Part shown: one piece after another, positions 36,001 through 45,344 of the stretch
How the letters are laid out: each line of letters opens with the position of its first letter
Position numbering within the stretch: the stretch's first letter is position 1
Origin: Eledone cirrhosa
Lineage: Eukaryota
Length of the DNA: 64,000 nt
Direction: 5' to 3'
Assembly: GCA_964016885.1 (NCBI GenBank)
Contig: OZ024742.1
Location: 323,454,001-323,518,000, forward strand
Translations under genes and position numbers: made by a program
Notes under the pieces: generated by a model
What the model was told of the DNA's origin: nothing
The model's database searches: none
Seen by the model: only the letters and a program-made list of their open reading frames with translations

Positions 36001-38847
36001 TTTTAGTTGGCTGTTTTTGTTGCACGGTTTCACGACGTCGACTCTGCAAAGCAAAAAACACCAAATTATGAAAATAATGTAGGGGAAATAATGATCTATG
36101 ACTTGTTTTACAAAAATAAAGGAGACAGATTTTGAATGTGTTACTTCATTTGACCATCTTAATTTTTTTTTAAATAATAAATCATGTGGTATCTTTTTTA
36201 ACAATTTACAAAATATCAAGACCGACCTCAGCCTATCAACTAGAACACGTAAAAGAGTACAAAATGATCTAACAACAACAAAAACAAACATTTCTAAACT
36301 GTCATGATATCCTTAAGAAAACTAGATGTAGATGAATGGCTTGTGAGAGCAGTGCAAGCAATGTATAGAGGTGCTGTCAGCATAGTAAGTCTACTACTAT
36401 TTATAGAGTTTAAGACTAACTCTCAGACAATACAAACTTCAGTAAGAAGAAATTGTCAGGAGTATTGGAAAATTGTGAATTGTGGAGAGACTGTCAGGAA
36501 TGTTCTACTGTGGCTGCAATGATGATAAAGTATTGGATTAAGATTCCTTATTCACTGTTGTTTTTTTTAATACTTTTCATATTATTTAAAACAAACAATT
36601 TTTACAAATTCTAAATCTCTGCTGTTCAAAATATGAAAACCATTAAAAAAAAAATGTAATGAAAAGAGTTAGAAGGAATATTTAAAATTCCCGCTTAAAC
36701 AAACCAGTGCCAGTATTTCAAAAACAGACTCCAATTCGCACAGATACCAATCTCCACTTATAAATAATGAAGCAAATGATTTCTATATATAGTTAGATAT
36801 AAAACAGAACATTAAACAGAAATAGCCTTTGATAGTTATGTGGCAAAAACTATCAAGTTATCTCTTATCAAATGCCCCATCTGTGTCAGCTTTCAAATCA
36901 AATCTGAAGACTTATCTTTTCAATGAATACCACTAGTGAACTGCTTTTCAAATTCTTAGGGTGCCTATGAACATTTCTTTCGTTTTGGTGAATTAAGTGC
37001 TACATAAATGCTTTATTATTTGTATTCCTAATAAAATACTCTATTTCAATTAACTTAGGAATTTTTAGGGATTTACTAAAACCATTAACCGTTACTAAGA
37101 CAGTAATTTAACATGGTTCTTGAATAAAATTATGTTTGAAGATATTAATTTAAAAAGGAATCCTCAGCATGGGTAGTTTTTGTTTCATAGAACCAGAACT
37201 GGCTTTAACTAAGCTGTCTTACTATTCAAAATTGACATTTTAAGGGCTCTTTAGATTTTATTAAAGGACTCAAAAGTTATGAATTTCCTTGAGATATCCT
37301 GGTATTATCAGTATATCGAGTATTTTTTTATCCAATGCAATATAAAAATTATTCTGGCCTCAAATTTACCTGTAGCTTTTATAGTCTTAATTACTAGCGG
37401 TCTACTTTTCTATGGGTTAGGTCTGAGAGAGGAGGCAGTGACGATGGTCTTCGTCGATATTTCGAAATTGTCAACGTTTCCCTTAAACTTTTGCATGTTA
37501 GACTGCGGGAAAAAACATTCCGAAAAAGATTTCCAGACAACCGACGTCCTTAGAAAGTAGGACTTGGATATAGTGATCAGTGTTGACTATAGGGGGGTGG
37601 GGGTGCAATAAATACAACATAGCACGATACCAGCCACTCCGAGAAGAGAAGGTCATTGCAGTAGAATAGACAAGCGGATGTAGCAGCATGTCTGTGGGAG
37701 ATAATGGAATGCGTGTTGAAAGAAATCTGGATCTGACAATTATCTATTTTTCGCAAACTTATAAAAATACTAATACGCATAGAAGTCTGCCCGGTTTTTG
37801 TTGATTTGTTGTGATGACTCTTTTATTCAGGGACCCAATGAATTGCGAATAAATTTTTCAGTTTTGTTAGAACTGTAAATAATGAAAATATTTTCAACTA
37901 CCAGGATATCAAAATAAACAAGGGTGGATTTTTTTTTTTTTTTTTTTTCTACAACGGACTCATTCAAAATGAAGGGTTTCCAATAACAATATGCAATAAA
38001 GAGTTACTGCTACATGGCAATAATAATAAAGAGCTAGTATATTTACTTTAAAAACTAAATTGTAATATTGGGACACAAAACGAAACTAGGTTATTGAACA
38101 ATTTACAAGTTTGTGTCCGATAACGAATATTTAAAGTAGAGGCTTTCATTCGTATTAAAATGAGTTTTTAATTTAAATAAAAATAAAAAAATTAAATTTC
38201 GAATGACATCTAATAAAGTGCATCTGGCACTTTTTCATAAACTAGCCTACAACTCGCTATTACCAGTGGCATTGCGGTGTGTTGGCTTGCCTCAAAAATT
38301 ATTAGAGGGAAACTTCAGTGTCGTTTGTTGCGGCGTGTGATTGAGTGTGCGAGTCTTCATTTAAACTAAATAATTTGTTTTTCATTAAATACATTGTTTA
38401 CACGTTTTTGTTTTGTAGTAATCAGTTCTGTCGGTGGGCACCGTTTCAAAATAACATATCAAAATTAAAAACACGAGAACAAATTAATTAAAATGAATGT
38501 TTGCTTTGGGTGGGGATTTCAAATTTAAGTAAAATAGTTTCGTGAAATAAAATTACATTACAGTGGTTTTAATTGCAGAACGTAAAGTAAAGGCTCTCCC
38601 AATGTAACATATATAATATATGTTTCTAAAGAAAACTTAAATCAAATTATATTGGAAAACCACGTGGAAATTCGAACATTGATATTGGGGTTATAGAAAT
38701 AAACACGAAAGGATGCTACAGAGAAGAAAGTTGAATGGTGAGATAACTGCACAGGTATATCTAGTCGAAACAAATCTGTTTTAATGGTTGCATAGTATAA
38801 AAATTAGAAAACTAGATACTTACTTCACCTCTTGTTAGAAACACCAT
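12673..38847 (-). CDS. Uncharacterised 1288-aa nucleolin-like protein (long IDR, SPxK/R repeats, two divergent RRM-like domains); 14 coding exons
   Basis: Exons 38824-38847, 33260-36043, 32427-32481, 29910-30017, 26621-26737, 25225-25302, 21349-21390, 21093-21198, 17909-18045, 16901-16939, 15907-15925, 14715-14830, 14484-14595, 12673-12802 sum to 3867 nt, all GT-AG, phases consistent, no internal stop; RNP2-like ILVIGSLP and RTLYVEGDF, RNP1-like YIVVKF. Confidence 0.8.
13229..13454. mobile_element. piggyBac-type MITE family A
   Basis: TTAA-CCCTTTAGCATTTA ... TAAATGCTAAAGGG-TTAA; related copies near 13770-13930, 17434-17570, 21575-21778, 26896-27107, 49138-49348, 61155. Confidence 0.9.
14484..14595 (-). 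CDS. RRM-like gene exon 13
   Basis: taacag|..QKKKCSRTLYVEGDFKEFTVSELSSLFDGLVILKTD..|gtaagt. Confidence 0.8.
14715..14830 (-). CDS. RRM-like gene exon 12
   Basis: caatag|..TSDIKEAVLLSDEDPQTPKVDESCVKPEFPENVDISKS..|gtaaat. Confidence 0.7.
15040..15720 (-). pseudogene. Degraded piggyBac transposase fragment
   Basis: Minus strand SIDEGIAAFTG*LGFKYLPLNSTKHGIKVLMQADPHNDYVNDFQVYNGK (first catalytic D region) at ~15490-15635. Confidence 0.75.
15907..15925 (-). CDS. RRM-like gene 19-nt microexon (11)
   Basis: tttgtttcag|GAGATATAAATTGTAAAAG|gtaagc; phase 1 to 2 fits flanking exons. Confidence 0.65.
16365..16700. repeat. Tandem duplication of a Tc1-like element end
   Basis: taactatatatatgtag..tgtacaggtaataaaagtg..aggacac..gtcactgcaaaatgccatattgacacc occurs twice; ggacaccctg is a CAGGGTGTCC-type terminus. 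Confidence 0.6.
16901..16939 (-). CDS. RRM-like gene exon 10
   Basis: ttatag|..PTHDKMADIVST..|gtaat. Confidence 0.7.
17909..18045 (-). CDS. RRM-like gene exon 9
   Basis: tttcag|..GGTIVQLEDWSKIGIAVSLLSEKYLGNAICINSLGADNHINQRNQ..|gtaag. Confidence 0.78.
18205..19540 (+). mobile_element. 5'-truncated RTE-clade LINE (RT C-terminus with PHD-type finger, 3' UTR, (ATG)n tail)
   Basis: ELLYADDL at ~18208-18231, ORF 18238-18792 and frameshifted continuation; (ATG)n at 19523-19540; homologous to 44090-45344. Confidence 0.9.
20725..20880 (+). mobile_element. Degenerate tRNA-derived SINE (Meta-domain-like)
   Basis: tggcagggctgttag..gagttccaat..ttttcatcctttcaaggttaataaaa..gtatcag, related to copies at 32180, 51070, 61513. 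Confidence 0.55.
21093..21198 (-). CDS. RRM-like gene exon 8 (start of first RRM-like domain)
   Basis: atttag|..ILVIGSLPESVGPSQIKTLFSGNKIKLKKQKKLK..|gtgagt. Confidence 0.8.
21349..21390 (-). CDS. RRM-like gene exon 7
   Basis: aactag|..TPNDTKTKKKTSN..|gtaagt. Confidence 0.7.
21466..21914. mobile_element. piggyBac-type MITE family B containing nested family A MITE (21575-21778)
   Basis: Outer TTAA-CCCTTCTGATACC ... GTAACAAAAGAG-TTAA; inner TTAA-CCCTTTATCATT ... AATGCTAAAGGG-TTAA. Confidence 0.8.
22489..25066 (-). mobile_element. Full-length piggyBac transposon with frameshifted transposase
   Basis: TTAA TSDs 22485-22488 and 25067-25070; TIRs CCCTTTCGTTACCA / TGGTAATGAAAGGG (13/14); motifs LSIDEGMVGYKGR, FDRFFSS, YNRYMGGVDRMNQM; Cys-rich tail at ~23120-23210. 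Confidence 0.93.
23120..24783 (-). pseudogene. piggyBac (PGBD4-like) transposase pseudogene
   Basis: Split over ORFs 24466-24681, 23877-24362, 23515-23880 by frameshifts and stops; acidic N-terminus, DDD core, CxxC..CxxC end. Confidence 0.88.
25225..25302 (-). CDS. RRM-like gene exon 6
   Basis: catcag|..FHNNTIKQKPKKELKEKALKRKLSD..|gtaagt. Confidence 0.78.
25480..25745 (+). mobile_element. 3' fragment of another RTE-type LINE
   Basis: Alternative frame gives GRRPRGKP*ERWLDNIHE...DRTNWRECL, typical RTE ORF end. Confidence 0.6.
26621..26737 (-). CDS. RRM-like gene exon 5
   Basis: gattag|..ISTLTDLPSDEHLELLTTEKRKKSPKHDSRKRKLEENE..|gtgagt. Confidence 0.78.
26832..27290. mobile_element. piggyBac-type MITE family B containing nested family A MITE (26896-27107)
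   Basis: Outer TTAA-CCCTTTTCCTATC; inner TTAA-CCCTTTAGCATT...AAAGGG-TTAA; outer body resumes at 27108. Confidence 0.75.
27301..28580 (-). mobile_element. Internally deleted piggyBac with N-terminal transposase remnant
   Basis: TTAA-CCCTTTAGCATT end at 27301; ORF 28041-28517 (acidic N-term, ALDYYFLF, EMKAFFTINIMFGIKQFPR) homologous to the 22.5-kb element; other end uncertain. Confidence 0.75.
29657..29903. mobile_element. piggyBac-type MITE family B
   Basis: TTAA-CCCTTCTGATACC ... GTAATAAAAGGA-TTAA, immediately next to the exon 4 donor. Confidence 0.7.
29910..30017 (-). CDS. RRM-like gene exon 4
   Basis: catcag|..DSTEEDFYSKVNKRKSLHLNKRKKVLEIAKVFENN..|gtaagt. Confidence 0.8.
31369..32175 (-). 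mobile_element. Non-autonomous Helitron
   Basis: Minus strand: A|TCTATAAAA start at 32175, microsatellite near 5' end, hairpin ccgagc-aac-gctggg then CTAG|T at 31369; inserted between A and T. Confidence 0.7.
32180..32362 (-). mobile_element. tRNA-derived SINE (Meta-domain-like) with 13-bp TSD
   Basis: A box TGGCAGTATCGG, B box GAGTTCAAATCC, gcctttcatccttacggggtcgataaaataaagtacc; TSD ttttatagataat at 32167-32179 and 32363-32375. Confidence 0.88.
32427..32481 (-). CDS. RRM-like gene exon 3
   Basis: (T)n-caag|FDKIELEKKEKDAEEKFN..|gtgag. Confidence 0.78.
32910..33029. mobile_element. Tigger/pogo-like MITE with TA TSD
   Basis: ta-cagtgaaattctgttataac ... gttataaaggaattttacctg-ta. Confidence 0.6.
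33260..36043 (-). CDS. RRM-like gene giant exon 2 (928 codons, S/K/E-rich IDR with 10-aa repeats)
   Basis: 2.8-kb stop-free ORF in AT-rich DNA; acceptor ttgcag, donor gtaagc, phase 0-0. Confidence 0.9.
33900..34970 (-). repeat. Coding 30-bp minisatellite (~35 units, consensus ASVPV[KE]SPGK)
   Basis: gacactagcctttcctgggcttttgacagg-type units in exact 30-nt register. Confidence 0.95.
38824..38847 (-). CDS. RRM-like gene first coding exon (MVFLTRGE)
   Basis: ATG..GAA|gtaagt, phase 0 matching exon 2; aagATGg context. Confidence 0.7.
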
Positions 38848-39124
38848 CTTTCTTATCAGTATTTATATATTTTGAGAAATTTTGAACTGTTATTTAGAGC
38901 TAACTTCAACTTCACTAGCCGACTATATTTTTTACACGTTAACGTATAAAAAAAATATGTAGAAATAAGACAGCTTCCAAAGTTAGTTATTTCAAAATAT
39001 CAATAATTATACAACACCAGGGAATATTTTAAACAATAAAACGCACAGTTTTATAAAAAGTACGAGAATTATGTAATACTTCAAAGAAAGCGGGGAATTT
39101 TAAAAAGGAAATAACTATTTCCCA

Positions 39125-40500
39125 CCGGCCATCAGGTTCCAACAGCTCACGACCAGACTGGGCATGATTGACGCCCATCCAGTCCTCTTCCTGTTGAAGA
39201 ACTGCTTCACCATGCCGAAGCTCCTCTACACACTTAATAACGCACCTTGCTACAGCCACGCATCTCTCCTCACTGACCTCGAACGGCAACTGAGGATATA
39301 TGCAACATCAGGTTTGACGCCTTTGGATGACCACAGGCCACCTTACCTGTTAGAAATGGTGGCCTTGGTCTCCTGGTTCACTGGCTTTGCCAACGTTTCT
39401 TTCGTTGGTAACCTCTTACGTTGTCCTCATCAACAGGGTTCTCCACAACACAATGGAACCCCCTGTGATTGAGGAACGCGAGACCGACTGCTAGACTTGT
39501 TGTATGGACTGGGAATCGAACTCACAACCTCATTGTGGACTGTTAAATTTCTATTCAATTTACACGTGCTCACACATTTGCATATGAATCACGTGACCTG
39601 GGCAGTCAGTCAGCGTTGGTATTAAAAACTCTGTCACAGACTGCTACTGACTTACTTTATGTTATTCTGCTACTGCGAGGAGGGGCGTTTTGGTTGTTTC
39701 GCAAATTACACAAATTATTTGATATAACTCGTTGTGTTTTCTCTGCGAGTACCGAGAGGAATACAACAGAACCGTCTCGGACTCCACCAAGTTGACGTCC
39801 CTCCTCCTCAAATAGCTAGTTTGGGAGGCCATCCAGTGCGACATGGACTTGAACAGGCTAGCACACCAGCTCAATCAGCACCACTTCACAACCCCACAGC
39901 AGTGCCTCGTTCAATGCCTTACCCCCTTTTCTACTGGTACACAGCTGGATAATGATAGCCTGCGAATTGGGGTTTCGCTGAGGCTCAGCCTCTGGATCAG
40001 CGAGCCACAAATGTTGCTGTGGATCCACCTGCTGTCCTGTTGCTACGGTGCTGGCCGCCTTCCATGCCATGCTGCTCTTAACAAAGCTTAGATGCTGCAG
40101 GCTTCTCCCAGCTCAAGCCGGCAGGGCTGAACCAAGAGGACGGCAAGAGGCCAGACAGCATGAACATATTCCCATTCTGCGGTGGTGAAACCCTCATCTG
40201 GGATGCCACATGCAGTGACACATTCTGCAGTGGCAACCTGGTGTAGTCTGCGATTAATCCATGCTCTATTGCATTTCAGACCGAGGAGCGTAAACTCTCC
40301 AAATATCAGTTGCTCTCTGACGGATTAGCAGTGGAGACTTCTGGTGTCCTTCGCCCTAGGATCACCTCCCTACTCACCATCATCAACAGAGAGTTGGCTA
40401 CCCACAGGTGTGAGCCTTGCAAGCTGGAATGGCTTTTCCAGCACGTCTCCTTCTAGGGAAATGCCTTCACTATTCTGTCCACTAGGGCAACGTGGCCAGG
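39125..40500 (+). mobile_element. Degraded CRE-like non-LTR retrotransposon (restriction-like endonuclease end), interrupted by solo LTR
   Basis: FLLKNCFTMPKLLYTL; LRIGVSLRL..HLLSC..GRLPCHAALN; DGKRPDSMNIFPF..LIWDATCSDTF at ~40140-40225. Confidence 0.75.
39498..39768. mobile_element. Solo LTR (271 bp)
   Basis: TGTTGTAT...ATACAACA 8-bp terminal inverted repeat (TG..CA) interrupting the LINE relic; TSD not perfectly conserved. Confidence 0.6.
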
Positions 40501-40669
40501 GCCCCCATTTGCTCACAATAGTGAAAAATTGGGAGAGATGGAGACAGTGAGAATTTGGTTCCATTGTTTTCGAACCTGGTATATATTTATTTATTTACTA
40601 CACCACATTAATTTTTTTTTTTTGTTTCTTCTTTTCTAACATGTAATATTTGTACTAATAACACTTTTC

Positions 40670-41228
40670 GGCACTACAACGCTATTAGCTGTCAGTGGAA
40701 GCAGGCGAAGATGACGTCACTCGTCAAACATCGTTTATTTCCGTTTTACTACCACGCTTAAGTGGAGTTTTCGCGCGTTTTTTAGAGATAGAGGGGGGGG
40801 GGGAGAAGACTTAAAAGGGCCAAATTAGAAAACAAGTCATGGTTATAAAGCATATCGATGTAAGTGGAGTTACTTAAATGAAAATATAGGTGGCCCTTAA
40901 AAGGGCCAAATTAGGAAACAAATTTAAGTTAATTAGAAAACAAGTCATGGTTATACATTGATAACCATGACTTGTTTACTAATTTGGCCCTTTTAAGGGC
41001 CACCTATATTTTCATTTAAGTAACTCCACTTACATCGATATGCTTTATAACCATGACTTGTTTTCTAATTTGGCCCTTTTAAGTCTTCCCCCTCCTACCC
41101 CCCTCTCTATCACTAAAAAACGCGTTGAAACTCCACTATTGCGTGGTAGTAAAACGGAAATAAACGATGTTTGACGAGTGACGTCATCTTCGCCTGCTTC
41201 CACTGACAGCTAATAGCGTTGTAGTGCC
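40670..41228. mobile_element. 559-bp palindromic MITE with 8-bp TSD (Merlin- or MULE-type)
   Basis: GGCACTACAACG...CGTTGTAGTGCC, arms ~270 bp with ~7-nt spacer near 40955-40961; TSD cacttttc at 40662-40669 and 41229-41236. Confidence 0.92.
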
Positions 41229-41459
41229 CACTTTTCTGTTTTAGTCTAAATATATAAGTATTTCATTTGATAAAGTTATAAGTTTAAGTAATTTTAAGTC
41301 ATTGAACCAGTTCTTGTTTACTGGTTACATCTAACAGTATTATTCATACTTATTAAATTACTATTTTATTGTTTTTTTGTAAATTATTCTTTATAAACTT
41401 AAACCAGACTGAATTTACACTATACACCGATCCTTTTACACTCATTTCATTTTGTATTT

Positions 41460-41875
41460 TCTTCTTCGCCCACGTACTCCTGGGAGGGTTGTGGGCGCAG
41501 AGTCCGCAAACACACCAGCTCCTGCAATTCTTGCACTTAATTCAGCCTCCTACCTTTCAACACTTGTGGACAAGGCCCCAACATACTTAAACTTCTTCAC
41601 CTGCTTCAGTGAAACTCAATTCACATCTAAGGTGCACTGCACAGGCTTCCTTGAGAGGATATGTGTCTCAGTCTTTGTAGTACTGATTTTCATTCCGGCA
41701 CTCTGCATCAAACCTGTCGAGTGTATGTCAAAGATCAACTTCTGATGAGTTAAGAAATACAATGTCGTCTGCAAATTCCAGCCAATAGATCCTACACCTG
41801 CCAGTTGTAATACCATTTCCAACATGGCTGCGCATGTTAATCCAGTTCATGAAGATTATAACAGTACGCACCCTC
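41460..41875 (-). pseudogene. Older RTE-like RT relic (continues at 45345-45950, split by younger RTE)
   Basis: AGMKISTTKTETHILSRKPVQCTL..LKQVKKFKYV; IIFMNW; remainder beyond 45345. Confidence 0.7.
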
Positions 41876-44800
41876 AGCTGAGTTTGACTCCCACATTGAA
41901 TGGTTTTGATTTAGCCCCGTTTGAACACAAATGCTAGGGCATTCATATAGAGACATTAGGGGAACAAGAAGCTGTTCATCGGTTCCATAAACCTGCAGAA
42001 CCTTCCACAGCAGGTTTCATGGAACACGGTCTTATGCCTTTTTGAAGTTTACAAAGTAAGCATACACCCATGTGAAGAGCCAATCCAGAGACCCTTCCCG
42101 ACGAGTGTCGACAAATGCCCAAAACTCCGAGTTGGTACCATCAATGTAGGCTCAATGAAAGGAAGAGCAGGAGAAATCGTAGAAATGCTAGAGCGAAAGA
42201 AAATTGATGCTGTGTGCAAGAGACTAGATGGAGAGGAGAGTCTGCTAGAGTCCTTGTAGGAAAAAGTCGGTGCTACAAATTCTTCTGGGTGGGAAATGAC
42301 GATGGGATGGGTGGTGTAGGTATACTACTAGCTGACAAGTGGGTAGATAAAGTAATCTCAGTGTACAGGGTAAATGCAAGAATCATTAAACTCAGACTAG
42401 TCCTGAATAAAACAATTACCACAATAATATCAGCTTATGCACCCCAATCGGGGTTGCCAGACGAACTTAAGAATAGGTTTTACGAGTCCCTAATGCACAC
42501 TACTGCTCTAACAGATGACAATGACTTCCTAATCATCGCAGGAGATTTTAACGGACACGTAGGTAAACACTGCGACGGCTTCAATAGAGTACATGGAGGC
42601 CATGGGGTTGGCACAAGAAATGAGGAAGGATTCAGACTTCTAGAATTCTGCGACGCCAATGACATGTCGATATGTAACACAAACTTTAAAAAACCCGACA
42701 ACCACCTGATCAGGGGAGCACTCTAGTCAGATAGATTTTATCTTCATCAGAGGACGTGACAGATGGACGGTCGTAAACACAAAAGCCTTCCCTAGTGAGG
42801 AATGTACATCCCAACATAGTTTAGTTGTCGGCGACCTCACAGTCAGAACTAGACAAACCTGGAAACAGAGGCCAACCTGGAGAAGAAAGATCTGGAAGCT
42901 GAAAGACCCCTCAACCAGTAACAGATTTAAAGATATTTTACTCAATGCCTACGACAGTAAAGAAGAACAGATAAAGACATTCAATGTAGAAGAGAACTGG
43001 GAGTTCCTAAAAAATAACTTACTAGAGGCGACGGATGAGGTCTGTGGCTGGAGTAAGACCTCAAGCAGGAGGAGAGTGACTTGGTGGTGGAACAATAAGG
43101 TAGATGAGGCAGTTAAGGCCAAGAGACAGGCATGGAAAGAATGGAAGAACGGGGGGAGCAGGGTACATTACATAGAGACCAAGAGGGAAGCTAGGCGACA
43201 AGTATACTTAGCTAGGAGGGAAGCAGAGGATAGAAAATTCAAGCATGTTTTGCAACGTGAGGACCAGAAACAGGAGGTGTTCAAGATTGCGAGGTAGTGT
43301 GTCAGAGAGAATTGTGATGTCATTGGAGAGAAGTGTATCCGGAATGATAAAGGTGAGCTTGCCCTCACAAGTGCTGAGAAGAAAGATGCGTGGAAGAGCC
43401 ATTATGATAGATTACTAAATGAGGAGAATGCATGGGAAGAGACCCTACCCCAAGTAGACCCTATAGAGGGGCCAGCAGTACAAGTCAGCAGCAACGTAGT
43501 AAGTAAGGCAATCAAAGATATGAAGATGGGGAAGGCAACCGGTCCATCAGGTATAGCTGCCGAGATGCTGAAGGCATCTGGGTCTGTATGTCACACTATA
43601 ACCACACGTATTGTTAACCAGGTAATACTAGAAGGTGTCATACCAAAAGATTGGTGCAGTAGCATCATTGTCAACTGCTACAAAGGTAAAGATGATGCAC
43701 TAGATAGAGGAAACTATAGAGGTATAAAGCTGATGGACCAGGTCATGAAAGTAACAGAAAGAGTTATAGCACAGTTGATTAGGAAAAGTACCTAGCTAAA
43801 AGTAAGCCACTCTACCTGGCATTTGTCGATCTTGAGAAAGCCTTTGACAGAGTTCCACGTGCTGTAATCTGGTGGGCTCTTAGAAAACTGGGAGTAGATG
43901 AATGGCTTGTGAAAGCAGTACAAGCCATGTATAGGGGAGCAGTCAGCAAAGTTAGGATTAGCAATGAGTATAGCGAGGAATTTAGTGTACAGGTTGGGGG
44001 TCCACCAGGGCTCTGTTCTTAGCCCCCTCCTGTTCATCATAGTCCTGCAGGCAATAACGGAGGAGTTTAAGACCGGATGCCCATGGGAACTCCTGTATGC
44101 TGATGACGCACTTATAGCTGAATCTATGGTAGAACTAGAGAAGAAATTCCAAACTTGGAAGCAGGGACTAGAAAGAAAGGGTCTCAAAGTCAACCTGACA
44201 AAGACTAAGGTCCTTGTAAGTAGACGAGAAAACAGAACCCAGATCCCCCTCAGGGAAATGGCCTTGCTCAGTATGTAGGAAAGGTGTAGGTAGGAACTCC
44301 ATTCTCTGCCCCAAATGCGAACAATGGGTACACAAGAGATGTAGCGGGATCTCAGGAAGCTTAATTAAGAATGTAGGCTTCACATGCAGCAGCTGTGCTG
44401 GGACAGCAAGCAGCAAACAGCCACAGGAATCTCTGGGAGGGCTCTGTAGACAGCTTCTGCTACCTAGGTGACCGAATTAGCAGCGGAAGTGGGTGTTCAG
44501 AAAGTACAATAACTAGGGTAAGAACGGGATGGAAGAAGTTTAGGGAACTACTACCACTGCTAGCTGCAAAAGGCTTCTCCCTCAAAATGAAAGGCAGACT
44601 GTATGATGCGTGTATCCGAACAGCGATGTTGCATGGTAGTGAGACCTGGGCGCTGAAGGTGGAAGAATTACGTAGATTAGAGAGAAACGAAGCCTGCATG
44701 CTCCGATGGATGTGTAATAGTAATATACGCGAACGACAAAGCATAAATGAATTGAGAGAGAGACTGAGCATAAGAGGAATCAAATGTTGTGTGCAGGAGA

Positions 44801-45344
44801 GGCGGTTGCGCTGGTATGGACATGTGATGCGTATGAAGGATGACAGCTGCATAAAAAGGTTTAGAGCACTAGAAGTCGATGGAAATCGCGGAGTGGGGAG
44901 ACCCAAGATGACCTGGGATGAGGTGAAAAAAGCCGACCTTACCCAATTACACCTCTCAAAGGCGATGACACACGACCGTGACTTCTGGCGTCACGCAGTA
45001 ATACAGAGTACCCGCCTCCCATGGGTACAAGCTGAGGCATATAGACAATATGCCCCCACACCCCCCACCGCAAGGTGGTCGTGGAGGTGCCACGGCAAAA
45101 AGCACCCAGCCCACACTGTAAAATGGACGTGTAGGCGCCACGAAAAAGCACCCAGCACTCACTGTAAATGAGGTTGGTGTTAGGAAGGGCATCCAGCTGT
45201 AGAAATCAAGCCAGATCAGTTCCTGTATGAGCAAGGCATGGTCAGCCGACCAGACACTGCCCACAACAAGACAACCAGTCTAACCCATGCTAGCGTGGAA
45301 GGACGGACGTAAAACGGTGATGATGATGATGATGATGATGATGA
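41876..45344 (+). mobile_element. Near full-length RTE-clade LINE (APE endonuclease, RT, PHD-type finger), inactivated
   Basis: VGTINVGSM, VQETRW, SAYAPQ, AGDFNGHVG, QIDFI; FVDLEKAFD, GVHQGSVLSPLLF, LLYADD; (TGA)n tail 45318-45344; stops, frameshifts and a deletion near 43790; 5' boundary approximate. Confidence 0.93.

Noticed and set aside
36304-36522. 72-aa ORF LRKLDVDEWLVRAVQAMYRGAVS
   Set aside because: Only an ~85-nt RTE RT splinter homologous to 43878-43950
36044-38823. Intronic snoRNAs in the nucleolin-like gene
   Set aside because: No convincing C/D or H/ACA box pair with terminal stem found by eye on the sense strand
12673-38847. Assigning NCL, MKI67 or DNTTIP2 as gene symbol
   Set aside because: No RGG tail or four canonical RRMs, no FHA domain, no Fcf2 domain seen; resemblance is architectural only
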